Assembly: GCA_965222375.1 (NCBI GenBank)
Contig: CBDCTZ010000015.1
Span: 512,001 to 576,000, forward strand
Reading direction: 5' to 3'
DNA from: Polyangiaceae bacterium
GTDB taxonomy: Bacteria; Myxococcota_A; Polyangia; Polyangiales; Polyangiaceae
DNA: 64,000 bases
Shown here: positions 59,223 through 64,000 of the stretch, one piece after another
Layout of the letters: each line of letters starts with the position of its first letter
Position numbering within the stretch: the stretch's first letter is position 1
The notes under the pieces: model-generated
The model's database searches: none
What the model saw: the letters and a program-made list of their open reading frames with translations, nothing else
What the model was told of the DNA's origin: nothing
Translations under genes and position numbers: made by a program

Positions 59223-59410
59223 ACGTTGGACGTTGGACGTTGGACGTTGACGTTGGACGTTGACGTTGGACGTTGGACGTTGACGTTGGACGTTGACGTT
59301 GGACGTTGACGTTGGACGTTGACGTTGACGTTGGACGTTGACGTTGGACGTTGGACGTTGACGTTGGACGTTGACGTTGGACGTTGACGTTGACGTTGGA
59401 CGTTGACGTT
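59223..59410. repeat. Non-coding tandem array of ACGTTG / ACGTTGG units
   Basis: Manual parse gives 15 seven-mers, 13 six-mers and one partial unit (188 bp), no substitutions. Confidence 0.95.
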
Positions 59411-59431
59411 TCTCGCGGGGTGGCTGTGGAG

Positions 59432-59565
59432 CGGGGTTGCGGCGGATGTTTGCAACCCCGTGCCAGCTTTCGCTGTCACTGGGGGTTGCATGCGCAGTGC
59501 ACGAGCCAACGTGGAGCGGCTCAGTGGGTTCGAAAGCTCCTTTTTGGGTGAAAGGAGCTTTCGAA
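59432..59565 (+). promoter_or_regulatory. Structured 5' leader (candidate cis-regulatory RNA)
   Basis: Stem 59432-59440/59452-59460 with alternative partner 59482-59490; perfect 15-bp stem 59529-59543/59551-59565 covering AAGGAG. Confidence 0.55.
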
Positions 59566-59930
59566 TGACGAACACGGATAAGACAACAACACCCTCTCTA
59601 CTTCCGCATCATCGGCTGCGCGCTTATCGCGTTGCGGTGGAGTTTCTTGGGGCGGTCAAGGCTGCGAAGATCCGGGACCGGGCTGACCGCGATCAGGCTT
59701 TGCGGTCGGCCAAGGGGGCGTGTCGGAACATCGCTGAAGCTACGGGGCGTGTGTCGCGGGCTGATCAGGCCCGCGTTTTCGGCATTGCGCGCGGCGAAGT
59801 GGTCGAGGCTATCGCGACTACCGAGATTGCCGTCGAAAGTGGCGATGCATCGCGGGATGCTTTGCCCCGCGTGCTCGATCGCGGCAATGCGCTGTACGCA
59901 ATGCTCACGGCGCTTTCGCGGCCACGCTGA
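59565..59930 (+). CDS. Four-helix-bundle protein (23S rRNA IVS / Avd-like superfamily)
   Basis: L.AY..A..F...DQ.LR.A.....NIAE..GR....D..R.F.IARGE..E...EI pattern; AAGGAG RBS. Confidence 0.88.
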   Translation: MTNTDKTTTPSLLPHHRLRAYRVAVEFLGAVKAAKIRDRADRDQALRSAKGACRNIAEATGRVSRADQARVFGIARGEVVEAIATTEIAVESGDASRDALPRVLDRGNALYAMLTALSRPR

Positions 59931-59951
59931 GGGCAGCGGCCCGGCGCTTTG

Positions 59952-59979
59952 GCGTTTTTGAATATAGATTCTAAAACGC
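59952..59979. repeat. AT-rich hairpin downstream of the four-helix-bundle gene
   Basis: GCGTTTTTGAAT-ATAG-ATTCTAAAACGC, 11 of 12 pairs. Confidence 0.65.
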
Positions 59980-60035
59980 TGCGCAACGGATCGGCACTTC
60001 GAGGCGCGAGCTGGACGGTGATGTAGATTGCCGAC

Positions 60036-60956
60036 GTGAGTTCTCCTAGCGAAGGAAGAGCGGGGCTGGGATGGGCGCTGGCGGCCTACGGGATGTGGGG
60101 GTTGTTCCCGATCTACTGGAAGCAGCTGGCGAGTGTTTCTGCGATGGAGGTGCTGGCGCATCGGATCGTGTGGTCCGTGGTGTTCACGGTTGGTGTGCTG
60201 CTGGTGCAGCGGAAGTTGCGGGATGTGTTTCGGGCTTTCTACGACCGCGCGTTGCTGAAGGCGCTGCTAGTCTCGACGGCGCTCATCGCGACGAATTGGG
60301 GGCTGTTCATCTGGGCGGTCAGCGTCGACCGCGTGACAGAAGCCAGCTTGGGCTACTACATCAACCCGCTGCTCAACGTGGTGCTTGCGCGGCTCGTGCT
60401 TGGGGAGCGGTTGCAAGGGTTGCAGACGGCGGCGGTCGTGCTGGCAGCGTGTGCCGTGCTGTATCTGACTATCGCGGGCGGCGAGCTGCCTTGGGTTTCT
60501 TTGGTGTTGGCGGTGACCTTCTCGTTGTACGGCCTCGTTCGCAAACGCGCGCCGGTGGGGCCGCTCGTCGGGCTCACCGTGGAGACGGGTCTGGCAGCTC
60601 CGGTGGCGCTCGTCTATTTGCTCATGCTCGACCCACCCTTCGCGAACCTGGCCGCGGCGGATATGTCCGTGCGGGGCTGGCTCGTGGGAGCCGGAATCGC
60701 GACCGCCTTGCCGCTGCTTGCCTTCGCCGCCGCAGCGCGCCGCTTGCGATACACGACTCTCGGCATGGTCCAGTACCTTGCGCCCAGCTTGCAATTGGCA
60801 TGCGCCGTCCTGCTCCATGGCGAGCCCTTTCGCCGTGAGCAGCTGATCACGTTTTCCCTGATCTGGATCGCAGTGGCTTTGTACATGCTGGAGGCGTTTC
60901 GGCATCGCGCTCGACAAGCAACCTCCCTGGCGGCTGGCACCGAAAGCGCAGACTGA
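60036..60956 (+). CDS. rarD: EamA-family transporter RarD
   Basis: AY..WG.FP.YWK.L, E.LAHR.VWS, EASLGYYINPL, YGL.RK, QY..P motifs. Confidence 0.93.
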   Translation: MSSPSEGRAGLGWALAAYGMWGLFPIYWKQLASVSAMEVLAHRIVWSVVFTVGVLLVQRKLRDVFRAFYDRALLKALLVSTALIATNWGLFIWAVSVDRVTEASLGYYINPLLNVVLARLVLGERLQGLQTAAVVLAACAVLYLTIAGGELPWVSLVLAVTFSLYGLVRKRAPVGPLVGLTVETGLAAPVALVYLLMLDPPFANLAAADMSVRGWLVGAGIATALPLLAFAAAARRLRYTTLGMVQYLAPSLQLACAVLLHGEPFRREQLITFSLIWIAVALYMLEAFRHRARQATSLAAGTESAD

Positions 60957-61012
60957 AACCGCTTGGCTCGGCGGCGAAGCGTGACGCTCGCCGGCCTGCG
61001 GTTGGTGCAGGG

Positions 61013-61529
61013 TCAGACGCACTGGGACGGATCGCCGCCGATCGCGCAGCATGCGCCTGAGCCGACGGGCGTACAGGTCAACCCGCTTGGACAGGTACCG
61101 CAGGACACGGTGCCGCCGCAGCCATTGGGCATGTCGCCGCAGTCTCGTCCGTCACAGGCCTGCCACTGGGGCAGCGGTGTGCAGCAGGTTCCCGCGTTGC
61201 AGACCTTGCCGCCGCTACAACTGCAGTCGGCGGGACAGTTGGCGCAGTCCTCACCACTCCCGCAAGTTCCGTTGCCGCAGGGACTCGTCGACACACATTT
61301 GTTGCTGGTGCAGGTTTGTCCCGTGCTGCAGCTGCCGCAGCTCCCGCCGCAGCCGTTCGAACCGCAATCCTTGTTGGTGCAGTTTGGCGTGCAGCAGGAA
61401 GAGCCGTAGCAAACCTTGCCACCGGTACAGGCGCAGTCCGTAGCGCAGCTAGCGCAGGTTTCAGATCCGTTGCAGCTGCCGTCGCCGCAAGACGTCGAAG
61501 AAACGCACTGGCCGCTCGAGTTGCAGCCC
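61013..61529 (-). pseudogene. 5'-truncated Cys-rich repeat protein
   Basis: CGDGSC..E.CA.C..DC and CTP.C..K.CG.NGCGGSCG.C repeats; upstream the frame is simply the antisense of the hydrolase, with no signal peptide or start. Confidence 0.7.
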
Positions 61530-62243
61530 ACCGTGGTCTGGGTGCACGGTGGCGCCTGGCTCACTGGTGATAAGTCGAACCAAATGGCGGACAAGATCGC
61601 CTGGTTTGGTGCTCGCAGGTGGCTGCTGATCAGCATCAACTATCGACTCTCGCCCAATCCACCGACCAGCGACCCTAGTCGCGTGATGTACCCAGCCCAC
61701 CCCACAGACGTTGCAGCGGCTCTGGACTACGTGCACCAGCATGCCACCGAGCTGGGAGCCGATTCCGGTCGCGTCGCGCTGCCAGGTCACTCCGCCGGCG
61801 CCCACTTGGTCGCACTGACCACGACGGACGAGAGCTTTCTCGCAGCGCACGGTAAATCCCTTGCGGCTGTCCGCTGCGTTGGTTCCTTCGACACCGAGGC
61901 CTACGACGTGCCCGCAGCCCTTGCAACCGCTTCGGCACAGCAGAAGGCCATCCTCGAGAACGCCTTTGGAACTCAGCCAACCCTGCATGCGCAAGCTTCG
62001 CCTCAAAACCACGTGGCTTCCGGCAAAGGGATCCCACCGCACTTGCTTGCCACCCGCGGCGCTGCAGATCGCAGAGCGATCCAGGAGGCCTTTCGCAAGG
62101 CTCTCGCCGACGCCGGCGTGAGCGTCACGATGATCGACGCCACCGGTCTCAGTCACGCACAGGTGAATGAGAGCATCGGCGCGCCCGGCGACACGGTCAT
62201 GACTCCTCCCCTGCTAGCTTTTCTGCAAACGTGTTTCCAGTGA
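61524..62243 (+). pseudogene. 5'-truncated alpha/beta hydrolase (HSL/BD-FAE-like esterase)
   Basis: PTVVWVHGGAW..GDK, NYRLSP, GHSAGAHL, H...N; N-terminal strands and start missing. Confidence 0.75.
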
Positions 62244-62286
62244 ACTGCACATTGCTTGCCGCGGCGTGACGTGTACTCTCCGCGCC

Positions 62287-62979
62287 ATGGATGCAAAAGA
62301 CGCCGATCCGATTCTCGAGCAAACTCTGGCGGATCACCGCATGTCCCGCAGCGAGCGCAAGCGGATCGCACAGCTGGTGGCGGACAAGGGACTAGACGAC
62401 AATGCGCGTGCGTTCTGGCGCAGTCGCGTCTTTTCCCTGGCGGAGCGGGAGCTCGAAAGCGAGGAGGCCCGCGCCGTGCTGTCCTGGGTGGAGGAAGCCG
62501 TCAAGGCCCTGATTGTCCGGGAGCCGGAAGCCAAAAAGGAGCTCAAGGCCTACTTCAGCCCTGGAACCGCTTGCCGTGAGGCCATTCAGCGCCAGCTCCG
62601 AACTTGCCAGAAGACTGCAGACATCTGCGTGTTCACAATCACCGACAATCACGTGTCACGAGAGATCCTAGAAGCGCACCAACGCGGAGTTATCGTGCGA
62701 ATCATCTCCGACGATGACAAGTCCCTGGATCGCGGCTCAGATTTGCGCAAGCTCGAGGCCGAGGGCGTGCAAGTGCGCACGGACGCCAGCGAGCACCACA
62801 TGCATCATAAGTTCGCCGTTTTCGATCGTCGGATCGTGCTCACGGGTAGCTACAACTGGACCCGGTCCGCAGCGGACCACAACCGAGAGAACGTGCTCGT
62901 CGTGAAGGACGCAACAACGAGCGAAGCCTACCTCCGAGTATTCGAGACGCTGTGGAAGCAGTTCACTCCGATTGTCTGA
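62287..62979 (+). CDS. Single-HKD phospholipase D family protein (Nuc/Zucchini-like)
   Basis: FSPG, DICVFTITD, MHHKFAVFD, TGSYNWT, N.EN motifs. Confidence 0.9.
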   Translation: MDAKDADPILEQTLADHRMSRSERKRIAQLVADKGLDDNARAFWRSRVFSLAERELESEEARAVLSWVEEAVKALIVREPEAKKELKAYFSPGTACREAIQRQLRTCQKTADICVFTITDNHVSREILEAHQRGVIVRIISDDDKSLDRGSDLRKLEAEGVQVRTDASEHHMHHKFAVFDRRIVLTGSYNWTRSAADHNRENVLVVKDATTSEAYLRVFETLWKQFTPIV

Positions 62980-63004
62980 CGCGGAGCATGATATCGCGAA
63001 ATCC

Positions 63005-63592
63005 TCAGGGACCGAAGGTGAAGCGCCAGCCCTGGGGAGTGAGTATGAAGGGAAAGGGGAATGTCGCGCGGACAACATCACCGCGCCGAACCAGGGGCTG
63101 CACGACGGCGATTTCCGTGTCGCGCTTGAGCTTCTCATTCTCGGCAGCCTTCAAGCTACGACGTTCTTTGACCCGCACGCCGACCACGGAACCCTTCGAT
63201 GGATCCGCCTCTCGACCTTCCCGGGCCCGAGCGTCCAGGAACTCTTCGAGGCGCTCGTCGAATTCAGCCTCGGTCATTGCCTTGTTGCTGAAAGCCGTGA
63301 ACTGGGCATGGGTCAGCGCCAGGCCGCGTGCCGTTTCGCGGTCGTCGGCGAGCATGGCGCGAAAGAAGCGCTCGGCAACCTCCTCCACTGGCTCCGGCTC
63401 CGCGTCAGCACGCGCGGGTGGAGCGCTAGGCGCCGGTTCCGGTTCCGCGGCCGCCGCTGTCGCAGGTGGCGGCGCAACCACGGTTGCGGGTTGAGAGTTG
63501 GTCCCGGGCGTAGTTTTGGACGCGGCAGGTGGGCCACCACATGCGAAAGCAACCCAGGCCATGCCAACGGCCATCAAGCCAGTGAGTTTCAC
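63005..63592 (-). CDS. Hypothetical lipoprotein (NTF2/DUF4878-like C-domain)
   Basis: GTG 63592, lipobox AFA-C, Pro/Ala linker, PEEVA..FF.A...D helix and GWR end. Confidence 0.65.
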   Translation of the reverse strand: MKLTGLMAVGMAWVAFACGGPPAASKTTPGTNSQPATVVAPPPATAAAAEPEPAPSAPPARADAEPEPVEEVAERFFRAMLADDRETARGLALTHAQFTAFSNKAMTEAEFDERLEEFLDARAREGREADPSKGSVVGVRVKERRSLKAAENEKLKRDTEIAVVQPLVRRGDVVRATFPFPFILTPQGWRFTFGP

Positions 63593-63628
63593 GATCTGCG
63601 CGTAGCATGCACACGCCGGCGCCCCAAG

Positions 63629-63699
63629 GCGGCCCAAAACGAGAGTAGTGGCCCGAGGCGCCCCAGCGCTCACCCCTTCGGGTGTTGCCCCTTCGGGCA
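63629..63699. repeat. Inverted copy of the 26-bp motif followed by two short CTTC-loop hairpins
   Basis: 63629-63654 motif; CACCC-CTTC-GGGTG and TGCCC-CTTC-GGGCA. Confidence 0.7.
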
Positions 63700-63758
63700 T
63701 CGCGAAGCGCGTCACAAGCGCGTCGATCCCAAAACCCAAGCAACCGCAGGGTCAACTA

Positions 63759-64000
63759 CTACTTCTTCTTGAGCACACGGCCAATCGTGTTGCGGCCGAT
63801 ACCAAGGCGGCGAGCGGCTTCGGTCTTGTTGCCGTCGGCGGCTGCCACGGCGCGCTGCACGATCAGGCGAGTCGCATCGTCGAAGCTCATTCCGTCGGGG
63901 ATCAACACGCCCATGTCGGCCTGCGTCCCGGCGAGGGGCTTGGACGACGCGGGCAAGAGCTCGTCGGCGATCGCTCCCTCCGGCGAAAGCACGACCGCAC
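63759..64000 (-). CDS. C-terminus of a sigma-54 enhancer-binding / Fis-HTH regulator (5' part outside window)
   Basis: GNKTEAARRLGIGRNT HTH_8 motif. Confidence 0.85.
   Translation of the reverse strand, partial: AVVLSPEGAIADELLPASSKPLAGTQADMGVLIPDGMSFDDATRLIVQRAVAAADGNKTEAARRLGIGRNTIGRVLKKK

Noticed and set aside
59223..59410. CRISPR array or a repeat-encoded protein (TLTLDVGRW / NVNVQRPTSTS ORFs)
   Set aside because: No unique spacers or cas genes; mixed 6/7-nt units shift frame constantly, so the ORFs look incidental
59565..59930. 23S rRNA intervening sequence
   Set aside because: Flanks are protein-coding genes; no rRNA sequence is present
62287..62979. PLD nuclease of a DISARM/restriction system
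   Set aside because: No helicase, methylase or other partner genes nearby

Overview
GC-rich chromosomal DNA with the gene content of a myxobacterium (Myxococcota, most like Polyangiaceae/Sorangiineae). This assignment is inferred from the many Gly-linker/Cys-rich lipoproteins, two MYXO-CTERM proteins, an AgmX/PglI C-terminal protein, an ECF sigma/anti-sigma cassette and a Ser/Thr kinase-TPR/PEGA-lipoprotein cassette. Housekeeping-type genes include tldD/pmbA-like, rimJ-like, prmA, rarD, GST, an ArnT-like GT39, two metallophosphoesterases and an AI-2E transporter. No rRNA, tRNA, CRISPR array, integrase, transposase or reverse transcriptase was recognised. The most unusual locus is 59140-59980. 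There a four-helix-bundle (IVS/Avd-like) gene is preceded by a perfect 15-bp hairpin, about 29 irregular ACGTTG(G) repeats and a structured leader with switchable stems, one of which buries the Shine-Dalgarno site. A second AT-rich hairpin follows the gene, and a 26-bp motif at the left edge recurs inverted 4.5 kb away. Other points of interest: a TraA/TraB-like adhesin pair; a Trp-tailed lipoprotein next to a phage-fibre-like secreted protein; a NarM-like/degenerate MoaC fusion with no canonical start codon; a 494-bp mosaic direct repeat bracketing DUF559/AAA cargo; two divergent paralogous beta-helix lipoproteins; tandem palindromic operators over an RHH gene; and several deletion scars. All family calls come from motif recognition by eye, and no database search was run.
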